Made by a program: the position numbers and the translations under genes
Assembly (NCBI GenBank): GCA_005880945.1
Contig: VBIU01000082.1
Span: forward strand, 1,505 to 65,504
Direction of reading: 5' to 3'
DNA from: Chloroflexota bacterium
GTDB taxonomy: Bacteria > Chloroflexota > Dormibacteria > Dormibacterales > Dormibacteraceae
DNA: 64,000 nucleotides
The notes under the pieces: generated by a model
The model's input: only the letters and a program-made list of their open reading frames with translations
Told to the model about the DNA's origin: nothing
The model's database searches: none
Shown: piece by piece, positions 30,126 through 43,224 of the stretch
Layout of the letters: every line of letters begins with the position of its first letter
Numbering within the stretch: position 1 is the stretch's first letter

Positions 30126-31423
30126 TCGAAGGCCGCGAGACTTGCGCGCTCGGCCTCCCACATCTCGTCGAACATCTTCTCCGTCTCGTCGAGCGAGCAC
30201 ACGGCGGCGGTCAGAGGGTCGAGCATCAGCGCGTACATGGCCTTGCGCCGGTCCCGCTCGAGCAAGGCCTGCACGACGAGCTCGTGCACCGCCATGTGCG
30301 AGCGGTTCAGGGCGGCCAGCTGCTCCGGAAGGGGACCAAACGTCACCGGTCTTATGCCATCCGGACCGACAACGCACTCGACCTCTACACAGCCGTCCGG
30401 AAGGTTCTCGATCGATCCTGAGTTCGTGACGTTCCCATGGATGCTGGTCGGCCGGCCGTGCTCCATCGCTTCGATGATGTAGGACGCGTACTCGTGGCTC
30501 CGCTTCAGAGGAATCTCGGTCTCGCCGTGCAGCATCGAGTGGATGCGCTCGTCGTTTTCCTTGCGCCAGTCCGGCCAGTTGTTGGCATAGAACCCGCTCT
30601 CCCCGAGATATCCCGGCCTGGTGTACCTCTCCAGGAGGTCGGGCCGCTTCCGGTAATAGGGAACGTACTCGGAGAAGTGCCCGCTGGACTCGGTGACGAA
30701 CGCGCCGAGGTGCAGCATCACGTCGAAGCGAACCGGGTCACGCTCGTAGATCTCAGGCTGGGAGGCGCGCTCGCGCAGCTGCGGGTAGAGGTCCTTGCCG
30801 TGGCGCTCCAGCGTGGTGAACCACGCGTTGTGGTTGATGCCGGCGCACCGCCACGTCAGGTCGTCGTACGGGACATCAAGGAACTCCGCCAGCAGCCTCG
30901 AGGTGGCCTGCACGCTGTGGCACAGGCCGACCACCGACAGTCCGGATGAGCGGCTCGCCGCCAAGGTGAGGATGGACATCGGATTCGTGTAGTTCAGAAC
31001 CACCGCGCTCGGAGCCAGGCGCTCGACGTCCGCCACTATCTCGAGCCACGCCGGCCCTGTGCGCAGCGCTTTGAAGATGCCACCCGGGCCGATCGTGTCT
31101 CCGATGCACTGATCGACCCCGTACTTGATGGGGATGTCGTAGTCGTGCCGCACGTTTTGAAGACCGGCGACCTCGATCGAGTTGACCACGTAGTCGGTGC
31201 CCTTCAGCACGTCGAGCCGCTCCGTGGACGCCTCGACGGTCCAGTCCTTTCCCGTCAGCTCGATCAACCGCTCCGCGATCCGCCGGGCCAGGTCGAGGCG
31301 GACTGGGTCGATGTCGACGAGGGCGAAGATGCCGCGGTCGAGGCCCTCGACGGCGAGGATGTCGGTGATTATCTGGCGCGCGAATACCGCGCTGCCGGCC
31401 CCGACCAGCGTCACCTTCGGCAT
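30122..31423 (-). CDS. melA: GH4 NAD-dependent alpha-galactosidase
   Basis: GAGSAVF, GDTIGPGG, NYTNPM, GLCHS, AGINH, TESSGH. Confidence 0.88.
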   Translation of the reverse strand: MPKVTLVGAGSAVFARQIITDILAVEGLDRGIFALVDIDPVRLDLARRIAERLIELTGKDWTVEASTERLDVLKGTDYVVNSIEVAGLQNVRHDYDIPIKYGVDQCIGDTIGPGGIFKALRTGPAWLEIVADVERLAPSAVVLNYTNPMSILTLAASRSSGLSVVGLCHSVQATSRLLAEFLDVPYDDLTWRCAGINHNAWFTTLERHGKDLYPQLRERASQPEIYERDPVRFDVMLHLGAFVTESSGHFSEYVPYYRKRPDLLERYTRPGYLGESGFYANNWPDWRKENDERIHSMLHGETEIPLKRSHEYASYIIEAMEHGRPTSIHGNVTNSGSIENLPDGCVEVECVVGPDGIRPVTFGPLPEQLAALNRSHMAVHELVVQALLERDRRKAMYALMLDPLTAAVCSLDETEKMFDEMWEAERASLAAFE

Positions 31424-31499
31424 CGATTAGCTTCCCTCCCGGCTCAAGCCGCGTGTCACGCCGGCTTCATTAGTGCCGGCGGACGAATTCTAAACGCGG

Positions 31500-31880
31500 C
31501 TATTCAGGAGGATCGGCAATCGCCTTGACGGCCCGGAACTGTGAATGGCTCATGACCAGCAGCCGGGCGTCGGCGCTGACCACGACCGTTGCCTCGTTCG
31601 ACGCGCGCTTCCACATCGCGTTCCAGCCAAAGCTGTCCCCCGCTCCCAGCGTGCGGGTTCGGGAGAGACACGCCGTGGCTTGCAGCCGGCCGTCAATCAC
31701 CACCACGAATTCCGAGCAGTGCTTGCCTTCCCGTGCGACCTGGATTCCAGCGGGCAATAACACCTCGTCGAAATAGACCAACAGCGCCTGCAGGCGCCGG
31801 TCCGGGTAGGCAGCCAGCTCTCGCGTGGCGCGTAGGGCCTTGATCCGCGTCGCGCTTGACAGCTGGCCGTTTGCCTTCAT
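31500..31880 (-). CDS. stand-alone cyclic nucleotide-binding domain protein, degenerate binding cassette
   Basis: VAREG...FVVVIDG...LGAGDSFG...ATVV...LLVM; ATGA overlap with GNAT gene. Confidence 0.7.
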   Translation of the reverse strand: MKANGQLSSATRIKALRATRELAAYPDRRLQALLVYFDEVLLPAGIQVAREGKHCSEFVVVIDGRLQATACLSRTRTLGAGDSFGWNAMWKRASNEATVVVSADARLLVMSHSQFRAVKAIADPPE

Positions 31881-32374
31881 TCGGGGCCGATCGAAAGGGT
31901 CAGGTCGTATGAACCCTGGGAAAAGACCGGGCGGGCCGACGGCCGGAATCGCCGAAGCAGCTCGAGCGCCGGCCGGTTGTCGCCCTGGACGCTCGCCGTA
32001 AAGGACTGGATTCCAGCGGAGTGCGCCAGATCGCCGAGGCGGCTGAGCATGCGAGTGGCCAGGCCCTGGCGCTGCCAGTCGTCGGCGACGACCACCGCCA
32101 GCTCGGCTCTGTCGGTGCCTTTCCACCGCACGTAGCGGGCGACCCCGACGATCTCCCCGTCGACGACGGCGACCACCGCCTCACGGTCGTGGTGATCGAT
32201 GTCGAGGAGGCGTTCGGGATGCGCCTGTTCGGGGCGCACTATCGGACTGTGGAAGCGGCGGTAGACGGTCGTGGGAGAGAGTCTGTAGAAGAGCCGGAGC
32301 AATGCTGCCCCGTCCGATGGTTCGAGACGGGCCAGCCCGATGTGACCCGCCGCCGCCGTCTGCATCGCGATCAT
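31877..32374 (-). CDS. GNAT acetyltransferase, Pat-like domain
   Basis: LSPTTVYRRF, IDHHDREA, VGVARY, AELAVVVADDWQRQGLAT; GGAGG SD. Confidence 0.85.
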   Translation of the reverse strand: MIAMQTAAAGHIGLARLEPSDGAALLRLFYRLSPTTVYRRFHSPIVRPEQAHPERLLDIDHHDREAVVAVVDGEIVGVARYVRWKGTDRAELAVVVADDWQRQGLATRMLSRLGDLAHSAGIQSFTASVQGDNRPALELLRRFRPSARPVFSQGSYDLTLSIGPE

Positions 32375-32419
32375 TTGTCCACCTCCAGCCCGGAATCGCC
32401 GGACCAACACCTAAACAAA

Positions 32420-32466
32420 TAGCACGATCGGTCGTATAAGTCAAGATAGACCGACCGGTCGTGCTA
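32420..32466. promoter_or_regulatory. paired putative TetR operators over divergent promoters
   Basis: TAGCACGATCGGTCG (32420-32434) and CGACCGGTCGTGCTA (32452-32466) are inverted repeats with one mismatch; TTGACT-17 nt-TATTTG on minus. Confidence 0.65.
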
Positions 32467-32477
32467 AGATGTCGCCC

Positions 32478-33134
32478 ATGGCGAAAGCGCCGGCAGCGCC
32501 GACCACTGACCGCCGGCTTCAGCGTGGTGAGCGCACTCGCCAGGCGATCCTCAGCCACGCATCCCGGCTAGCATCGGCCGAAGGACTGGAGGCGGTCTCG
32601 CTGCAGCGGCTCGCGAGCGACCTCGGAATCAGCAAAAGCGGACTGTTCGCCCATTTCGGCTCCAAGGAGGAGCTGCAGCTCGCGACCGTCGAAGAGGCCG
32701 GCCGCGTCTTCACCGAAGAGGTGCTGAGGCCAGGTCTTAAGGCGGCGGCCGGTCTCGGAAGGATCTGGGCGATGTGCAACTCCTATCTCTCCTATCTAAG
32801 GCGGGCTGTGTTCCCCGGCGGTTGTTTCTTTGAAGCAGCGTTGGCCGAGTTCGACAGCAAGCCCGGGCGTGTGAGAGATGCCGTGGTAGAGAGGCGAGGC
32901 TACTGGGTCGCCAGCCTCGCGCGCGCCGTCCGCGAGGCCAAAACCGCCGGCGACATTCAGTCAGAAGTCGATTCGGATCAAGTCGCTTGGGAGTTGAGCT
33001 GCCTTCTCGTCGGTGCCAATGCGAGCTTCGTGCAAGACGGCGGGAATGTCGGCATGGAGCGGGCCCGGCGCGCGATTCGCGAACGGCTCGAGCGCATCGC
33101 GACACGATCGGCGGCAAGGTTGCCGACCCGCTAA
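32478..33134 (+). CDS. TetR family transcriptional regulator
   Basis: LGISKSGLFAHFGSKEEL HTH, FPGGCFF; ATG 7 nt after TAAGAT. Confidence 0.92.
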   Translation: MAKAPAAPTTDRRLQRGERTRQAILSHASRLASAEGLEAVSLQRLASDLGISKSGLFAHFGSKEELQLATVEEAGRVFTEEVLRPGLKAAAGLGRIWAMCNSYLSYLRRAVFPGGCFFEAALAEFDSKPGRVRDAVVERRGYWVASLARAVREAKTAGDIQSEVDSDQVAWELSCLLVGANASFVQDGGNVGMERARRAIRERLERIATRSAARLPTR

Positions 33135-33153
33135 CGCACAGGTCTCCCGGAGA

Positions 33154-34008
33154 TCAGCTCAGCTTGAGTCGTTCGGCGAAGGCCGAGATCTCGTCTCGTT
33201 GCGCTTGCGGGTCGAGGGCTGAGGTCCCGATCACCATTCGTGTTACTCCAGAAGCCGCGTGGGCTTCGACGATCTCAGGCGTCATATCGATCGATCCCCA
33301 TCGGGTGTACTCGAGAGCATCAGCATCGCGGCCTGCTTCGCGGGCGGTGGCGCGCATGACGGCGATTTGGGCCGCCCGTTCCACGCTCCCGATCGCGCCG
33401 CCGGAAAAGTAGCCATCTCCCCGTAGGCCGGCGCGGCGTGCGGCCGCCCTCGTCGACCCGCCTACATGGATCGGGAGCGTCCCGGCTCCGTGCGGCTTCG
33501 GAAAGCTGACAAGGTCGGTGAACGCGAAGAACTCGCCGTCGAAGCTGACGCCCTTCTCGTCCCCCGCCCACAGGAGGCGCAGCACGTCGATTGCCTCGTC
33601 GGCGCGGCGCCCGCGCGTTGCGAAGTCAACGCCGACCGCGGCTGCCTCCCCAGGCAAAGCCCCAAGCCCAACGGTTAGCAGCCGCATACGACCTTTCGAG
33701 AGCAGGTCCAGCGTCGCCAGCCGCTTGGCGAGCGTCACCGGATGGTGATAAGGAACCTGAAGGACGCCCGTCCCAAGCAGGATGCGGTTGGTCGCAGCCG
33801 CGACGAATCCCAGGCACTGAAGCGGATCCACTATAGGAAGCGATGGATCGATGACCGTAGGTCCGAGCGTGGCTCCCGCATACAGCACGACGTGTTCTGG
33901 CACGTAGAAGGACTCGAAGCCACAGTCCTCGGCGTGTTTGGCGTACGCGATGATCGAATCAGGATCGACGCCGTTGAAGGCCGTGTTGTAGACAACGCCG
34001 AATTTCAT
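33154..34008 (-). CDS. LLM-class (probably F420-dependent) oxidoreductase
   Basis: YVPEHV, LGTGVL, LAKRLATLDLLSKGR, IHVGG. Confidence 0.85.
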   Translation of the reverse strand: MKFGVVYNTAFNGVDPDSIIAYAKHAEDCGFESFYVPEHVVLYAGATLGPTVIDPSLPIVDPLQCLGFVAAATNRILLGTGVLQVPYHHPVTLAKRLATLDLLSKGRMRLLTVGLGALPGEAAAVGVDFATRGRRADEAIDVLRLLWAGDEKGVSFDGEFFAFTDLVSFPKPHGAGTLPIHVGGSTRAAARRAGLRGDGYFSGGAIGSVERAAQIAVMRATAREAGRDADALEYTRWGSIDMTPEIVEAHAASGVTRMVIGTSALDPQAQRDEISAFAERLKLS

Positions 34009-34020
34009 TGAAATGAGGCT

Positions 34021-35271
34021 TTAGCCGGCCATCCGCTCCGCGGCACACTCCGCAGCTCGTCTATGGAGAAGGTCGCGCTCCCGCACGTTCTCCGTCAGCG
34101 ATGCGGCGCGCTCGAACTCGACGCGCGCCTCCTCGGACCGCCCGAGCTTCCTCAGGAGGTCGCCGCGGACGGCCGAAAGTAAGTGGTACGACCTGAGCGC
34201 AGGCTCGTTGACGAGCGCGTCGACGAGGTCGAGTCCGGAAGCCGGGCCAAACGCCATTCCCACGGCGACAGCCCGGTTCAGCTCGACCACCGGCGACGGC
34301 GCGAGCTGCACGAGTGCGTCGTAGAGCCCCACCATGCGCGCCCAGTCGGTTTCCTCAGCGGTCGTCGCTCGAGCGTGGCACGCGGCGATCGCCGCCTGCA
34401 GCCCATATGGACGCAGAGCGCCGAGCCTCTCGGCGCGCCCGAGCGCAGCCAGACCGCGCCGGATGAGCAGACGATCCCAGCGAGCTCGATCCTGGTCGAG
34501 CAGGAGGATGGGCTCGCCGGACGGTCCAACGCGAGCGCCCAGACGCGATGCCTGGATCTCCATGAGCCCGACGAGGCCGTGAACTTCAGGCTCGGTCGGG
34601 GTGAGCTCGGCCAGGATGCGGCCCAGACGGAGAGCCTCCTCGCAAAGCGCGGGTCGGACCCAATACTCGCCTGCCGTCGCCGAATACCCTTCGTTGAAGA
34701 TCAGATAGATGACCTCGAGGACGGAGGCCAGCCGCGCATCGCGATCGGCGCCGGCCGGGACCTCAAACCTGACATGCGCCTCGGCGAGCGTCCGCTTCGC
34801 GCGAACGATCCGCTGGGCGACGGTCGACACGGGGACAAGAAAGCCGCGCGCGATCTCCTCGGTCGTCAGACCGCCGACGACGCGAAGTGTGATCGCAACC
34901 CGTGCGTCCTTTGAGAGGACCGGATGGCAGGCCGTGAAGATGAGGCCGAGGAGATCGTCCCCGACCTCCTCCTCGATCGCGTCCAATTCCAAGCTGTCCT
35001 GATCCCGCTCGAGGTCCCGTCCGATCTCTTCGTGCTTGCGCTCGAGCGTCTTGCGACGCCGGACCAGGTCTATAGCGCGGTGCTTCGCGGTCCCCATGAG
35101 CCAGGCGCCCGGCCGCTCCGGCACCCCCTGGGCGGGCCACTGCTCGAGCGCTGCGACAAGGGCGTCCTGTGCGAGCTCCTCGGCCGTCCCTATGTCGCCG
35201 ACGACGCGAGTCAGCCCGGCGATCAGCCGGGCCGACTCGATGCGCCAGATCGCTTCGATCATGCGATGCAC
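34021..35271 (-). CDS. ECF sigma factor with C-terminal extension, YCII-associated
   Basis: AEELAQDA, LIFTACHP, AQRIVRAK, YLIFNEGY, LQAAIAACH; start uncertain. Confidence 0.85.
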   Translation of the reverse strand: MHRMIEAIWRIESARLIAGLTRVVGDIGTAEELAQDALVAALEQWPAQGVPERPGAWLMGTAKHRAIDLVRRRKTLERKHEEIGRDLERDQDSLELDAIEEEVGDDLLGLIFTACHPVLSKDARVAITLRVVGGLTTEEIARGFLVPVSTVAQRIVRAKRTLAEAHVRFEVPAGADRDARLASVLEVIYLIFNEGYSATAGEYWVRPALCEEALRLGRILAELTPTEPEVHGLVGLMEIQASRLGARVGPSGEPILLLDQDRARWDRLLIRRGLAALGRAERLGALRPYGLQAAIAACHARATTAEETDWARMVGLYDALVQLAPSPVVELNRAVAVGMAFGPASGLDLVDALVNEPALRSYHLLSAVRGDLLRKLGRSEEARVEFERAASLTENVRERDLLHRRAAECAAERMAG

Positions 35272-35347
35272 TTCAGAGGCTGCCGCCTCGCGGCGATCCT
35301 GGCCGCCAGGAGCGCCTCCGCTTCTTGGACCTATGGCGAGAGCTCCT

Positions 35348-35695
35348 TCACATGCCTTCGTACTCGACGACCTCACGGATCTCGAACGTCCCGCCGTCGT
35401 AGGGCGCCCGCTTCAGCCATTCGAGAGCTTCGTCGACCGAGCGCACCTGCCAGAGCCAATACCCGGCCACGAGCTCTTTGGTCTCCGCGAAGGGCCCGTC
35501 GATGACGGTGCGTTTCTTACCGTCGAACCGAACCCGCTTGCCCTGCGAGCTCGGGTGTAGGCGGCCAGCCTCGAGCACCACCCCCGCTTTGACCAGCTCT
35601 TCATTGAACTTCTGATACTCCGCCATGGCGTCCGGCGTTGGGGGAGTTGCCGCCTCGCTCTGGTTGCCTTCCTTTGCCAATATCAGCACACGCAT
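35348..35695 (-). CDS. YCII-related (DGPF) protein
   Basis: DGPFAETKELVAGYW; GAGGAG SD. Confidence 0.9.
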   Translation of the reverse strand: MRVLILAKEGNQSEAATPPTPDAMAEYQKFNEELVKAGVVLEAGRLHPSSQGKRVRFDGKKRTVIDGPFAETKELVAGYWLWQVRSVDEALEWLKRAPYDGGTFEIREVVEYEGM

Positions 35696-35929
35696 CTGTG
35701 TCTCCTCTTATTACAACTTCCGCTTCCATCTGGGCTCGGGCTTTTGAGGCCTCACCCACTCATCGAATGAGGGGCGGCGTTTTCGACGCCGCTGACTCCC
35801 CCTCAGCTCCTGGGGATGGTCGGACATGATGGAGCCAACAGATAATCACTGGCGCGAACTCCAATCCACCCACTTGCCGCAACAACGCGTCAGACCCTTT
35901 GCGCGCTGCGTGCCGACCTGGTCGAGTGG

Positions 35930-36006
35930 TGGTCGGGGAGGCGGGATTTGAACCCGCGACCACTTGACCCCCAGTCAAGTGCGCTACCGAGCTGCGCTAC
36001 TCCCCG
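35930..36006 (-). tRNA. tRNA-Pro(GGG), CCA encoded
   Basis: CGGGGAG/CTCCCCG acceptor, CTTGA-CTGGGGG-TCAAG anticodon arm, GTTCAAATC. Confidence 0.96.
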
Positions 36007-36032
36007 ATCGAATGGCTATCGTAGCGGCTTCT

Positions 36033-40370
<4,338 letters not shown>

Positions 40371-40398
40371 CTTATAAGTCTGAGCCGTTCCCAACGCA

Positions 40399-40412
40399 CA
40401 AACGAGTGTTCG
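40399..40412 (-). promoter_or_regulatory. putative LexA (SOS) box upstream of lhr
   Basis: CGAAC-ACTC-GTTTG on minus, about 30 nt before the start. Confidence 0.6.
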
Positions 40413-40438
40413 TCGACCCTGCCCTGTATCGTCCGCTC

Positions 40439-40915
40439 GTGATCGAGCCACAGCGATTTCGGGAGGTCATGAGCAGCTTTCCAAGCGGGGTCGTAGTCCT
40501 CACCGCATTTGGTCAGGACGGCCTCCCTCGCGGCCTCACCGTCAGTGCGTTCTGCGCCGTCTCGCTGGAGCCGCCGCTCGCCCTTGCATGCATCGACAAG
40601 ACCTCCAACACACTGCCCGCTGTCCAACACACTGGTGGCTTCACGGCGAACATCCTCGCTGTTGGGCGCGAGCAGCTGGCGCGGCGGATGGCGACCAAGG
40701 TTTCCGACAAGTTCGACACGATCACGTGGCGCCGTCCGGTTGGTGGAGGCGGTCCGGTGCTCGAAGCCGATGCGGCGGCTTATGCCGTGTGCACTCTGAA
40801 AGAAACGATCGAAGCCGGCGACCACTGGATCCTGATCGGGCTTGTCGTCGACGGTGGGCACCACGATGGGTTCGCGCCGATGGTGTACAGCCGCCATGTG
40901 TACGATCCGCTCTGA
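40439..40915 (+). CDS. flavin reductase family protein
   Basis: FREVMSSFPSGV, SAFCAVSLEPP, AGDHWI. Confidence 0.9.
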   Translation: MIEPQRFREVMSSFPSGVVVLTAFGQDGLPRGLTVSAFCAVSLEPPLALACIDKTSNTLPAVQHTGGFTANILAVGREQLARRMATKVSDKFDTITWRRPVGGGGPVLEADAAAYAVCTLKETIEAGDHWILIGLVVDGGHHDGFAPMVYSRHVYDPL

Positions 40916-40941
40916 CTTCTTCGCCGGTTAGTGTTGACGGC

Positions 40942-41379
40942 ATGGCAGTGCCGGCCCGAGTCAGTCTGGTCACGCTCGGAGTCAAAGACGTCGCTCGCAG
41001 CACACTTTTCTACATCGCTCTCGGCTGGCCCCTGTCATCAGCCTCGATTCCGGGTGAGGTGAGCTTTTTCAAGACGGCAGGTGGTTTGCTCGCTCTATGG
41101 CGTGAGGACGCTCTTGCTGAAGACGCAGGCGTGCCACCCGGGCCGACCAACGGCAATCGCGGCAGCGCGCTGGCGATCAACCTGGACAGCAGCGAGCAAG
41201 TCGACGCCGCCCTTGTCACAGCACTGACCGCCGGCGCGCAGATCCTCAAGCCTGGACACGCAACCGAGTGGGGCGGCTACAACGGCTACTTCGCGGATCC
41301 CGACGGCCATCTGTGGGAGGTCGCCCACAATCCTTTTTGGCCAATCGGCCCTGACGACCGGCCGACTCTTCCCGAGTAG
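40942..41379 (+). CDS. VOC/glyoxalase family protein
   Basis: SLVTLGV, WGGYNGYFADPDGHLWEVAHNP. Confidence 0.9.
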   Translation: MAVPARVSLVTLGVKDVARSTLFYIALGWPLSSASIPGEVSFFKTAGGLLALWREDALAEDAGVPPGPTNGNRGSALAINLDSSEQVDAALVTALTAGAQILKPGHATEWGGYNGYFADPDGHLWEVAHNPFWPIGPDDRPTLPE

Positions 41380-41530
41380 TCCCTCCCGGCCACGCTGAGG
41401 CGTAGCCGACCTCCCGCAAGCGGGAGGTAGTCCGGTCCGGCTGTTCGCCGGACCTTGCCAATCGGCCCTGACGACCGCCCGACTCTTCCCGACTAGTCCC
41501 GGACGACCGCCCGACGCTACCCGAATGGTC
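41340..41530 (+). repeat. direct repeats of the VOC gene 3' end around a hairpin-rich spacer
   Basis: 44-nt copies at 41340-41383 and 41457-41500 (2 mismatches), degenerate third copy at 41498-41530. Confidence 0.85.
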
Positions 41531-42289
41531 TCAAAGGGTCGGCGACGGCCAGGACGGGACGAGCTGTGAGATTCCAGCCGCCAGGATCGTGAGCTTGTTC
41601 GTCAGCAGCAGCAGGCCCATCACCAGCAGCACCGCGGCGGATGCGAGGTCGATCGCTCGCCGGTGCCGGTTGACCAGGCCCACCAGCGGTCGCGCGCTCT
41701 CGAGCGCGAAGGCGAGCGCGATGAACGGCAGGCCGAGCCCCAGGCAGTAAGCGACCATCAAGACGAGTCCCTGCCCGGTCGTGCCGGCGGACACCGCGGA
41801 GCTCAGGACGGCGCTCAAGGTCACGCCGATGCATGGGGTCCACCCGCTGGCGAACCCCATACCGAGCATGAACCCCCCGGCGACGCCGCCGCCGGACGGC
41901 GCCTTGTTGACGAGTCGGTATTCGCCGGAGAGAAACGGGATGCGGATCACGCCGGCCACGTGAAACGCCATCGCGATCACGAAGACGCCCGCCACCATCG
42001 GCACGTATCCACGAATGGGTTGAACCGCGATTGAGAAGACGTAGAAGAAAAGGATGAAGACAAGAGAAAGGCCGGCGACGAAGCCCACGCCCGCCGTCAC
42101 GACGGGCAGCGGCGATGGAGCAAGGTCTGCGGCCACGGCGCCCGGGCCGACCGCTGCAGACGGTTGCCCGGCGCGAGCCCCCAGGTACGCGAGATAGGCG
42201 GGTACCAGCGGCAGCACGCAGGGCGACACAAATGAGACAAGACCGGCAAGGAAAGCGATGGCGGGACTGATGCTGTCGAGGTTGGGCAT
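41531..42289 (-). CDS. ccdA: cytochrome c biogenesis / thiol-disulfide transporter
   Basis: SFVSPCVLPLVPAY and GWTPCIG. Confidence 0.88.
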   Translation of the reverse strand: MPNLDSISPAIAFLAGLVSFVSPCVLPLVPAYLAYLGARAGQPSAAVGPGAVAADLAPSPLPVVTAGVGFVAGLSLVFILFFYVFSIAVQPIRGYVPMVAGVFVIAMAFHVAGVIRIPFLSGEYRLVNKAPSGGGVAGGFMLGMGFASGWTPCIGVTLSAVLSSAVSAGTTGQGLVLMVAYCLGLGLPFIALAFALESARPLVGLVNRHRRAIDLASAAVLLVMGLLLLTNKLTILAAGISQLVPSWPSPTL

Positions 42290-42295
42290 GGCGGC

Positions 42296-43180
42296 CTATC
42301 GAGGTCGGACGGCGGATGCTTCCCGGGCCAGCTCCTCGATGGCGTCCAGCACCTCCGGCCAGACCCTTCTCGGCAGGTTGTGGCCCATCCCTTCGAATTC
42401 GAGTCGGCGTGATCCCGGCACCGCCGCCGCGACTCTGCGACCGTTCTCCACCGGGACCAGGACGTCTTCGAGGCCGTGTATCACCAGCGTCGGGGCCTTG
42501 ACCTCTCCCAACTTTTCCAGACGGCCTTGCGCTGCCAGGATCGCCACCAGCTGACGGCCGGTGCCGACCGGGTAGTACGAACGGTCATAAGCGCGCTCGA
42601 CGAACCGCGTCTCGGCTTCTTCGTCGAATGGATCGCCTTCACCCGCGAGCACTCTTCTTACCCAGAGCCCATGTTGAATTCGAGCTTCGCGGGTTGGCGG
42701 TGGGAGCTTCATGAGAATCTCAGCGCCTTCGGGCTTCGGCGGCACGGCGTCGCCACCTCCGGGGCCGGACATGATCGAGGTCAGTGTGAGGACGCGATCG
42801 GCGTGGTCGATCGCGACCAGCTGCGCGATGAAACCTCCCATCGAGGCGCCCACGATGTGCGCGCCAGGGATCCCCAGTGCGTCGAGCAGGCCGACTGCAT
42901 CGTTGGCGAGGTCGTCGAGGCGATAGGCAGGACTTGGGCTGCCGCCAAAAGCCGCGAGGAGATCCGGCTCGCCGGCCGACTCCATCTTCGTCGACAGCCC
43001 CGAATCACGATTGTCGTATCGAATGACAAAGAAGCCGCGTTCGGCGAGACGGGTGCAGAACTCTTCGTCCCAGCTGAGCATTTGAGCGCCCAGGCCCATG
43101 ATCAACAGCAGGGGCGCGGCGCCTGGATCGCCGAAGGTCTCGTACTCGATCTCGATCCCATTGGCGGCAACACGGGGCAC
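42296..43180 (-). CDS. alpha/beta hydrolase
   Basis: GASMGG nucleophile elbow, HGLED, GMGH. Confidence 0.9.
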   Translation of the reverse strand: MPRVAANGIEIEYETFGDPGAAPLLLIMGLGAQMLSWDEEFCTRLAERGFFVIRYDNRDSGLSTKMESAGEPDLLAAFGGSPSPAYRLDDLANDAVGLLDALGIPGAHIVGASMGGFIAQLVAIDHADRVLTLTSIMSGPGGGDAVPPKPEGAEILMKLPPPTREARIQHGLWVRRVLAGEGDPFDEEAETRFVERAYDRSYYPVGTGRQLVAILAAQGRLEKLGEVKAPTLVIHGLEDVLVPVENGRRVAAAVPGSRRLEFEGMGHNLPRRVWPEVLDAIEELAREASAVRPR

Positions 43181-43224
43181 GGGGCCATCGTAGCGCCGCC
43201 GGCGAATCGCTACCCTTACCGGCC

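Noticed and set aside
35700..35765. Remnant of a second YCII gene
   Set aside because: Resemblance (RAQMEA) is too short to support without an alignment.
31450..35930. Island integrated at tRNA-Pro
   Set aside because: Only a 7-nt TGGTCGG echo at 35817, not significant; no integrase.
41340..41530. CRISPR mini-array
   Set aside because: Repeats are the coding 3' end of a gene, spacing is irregular (73 nt, then none) and no cas genes are present.
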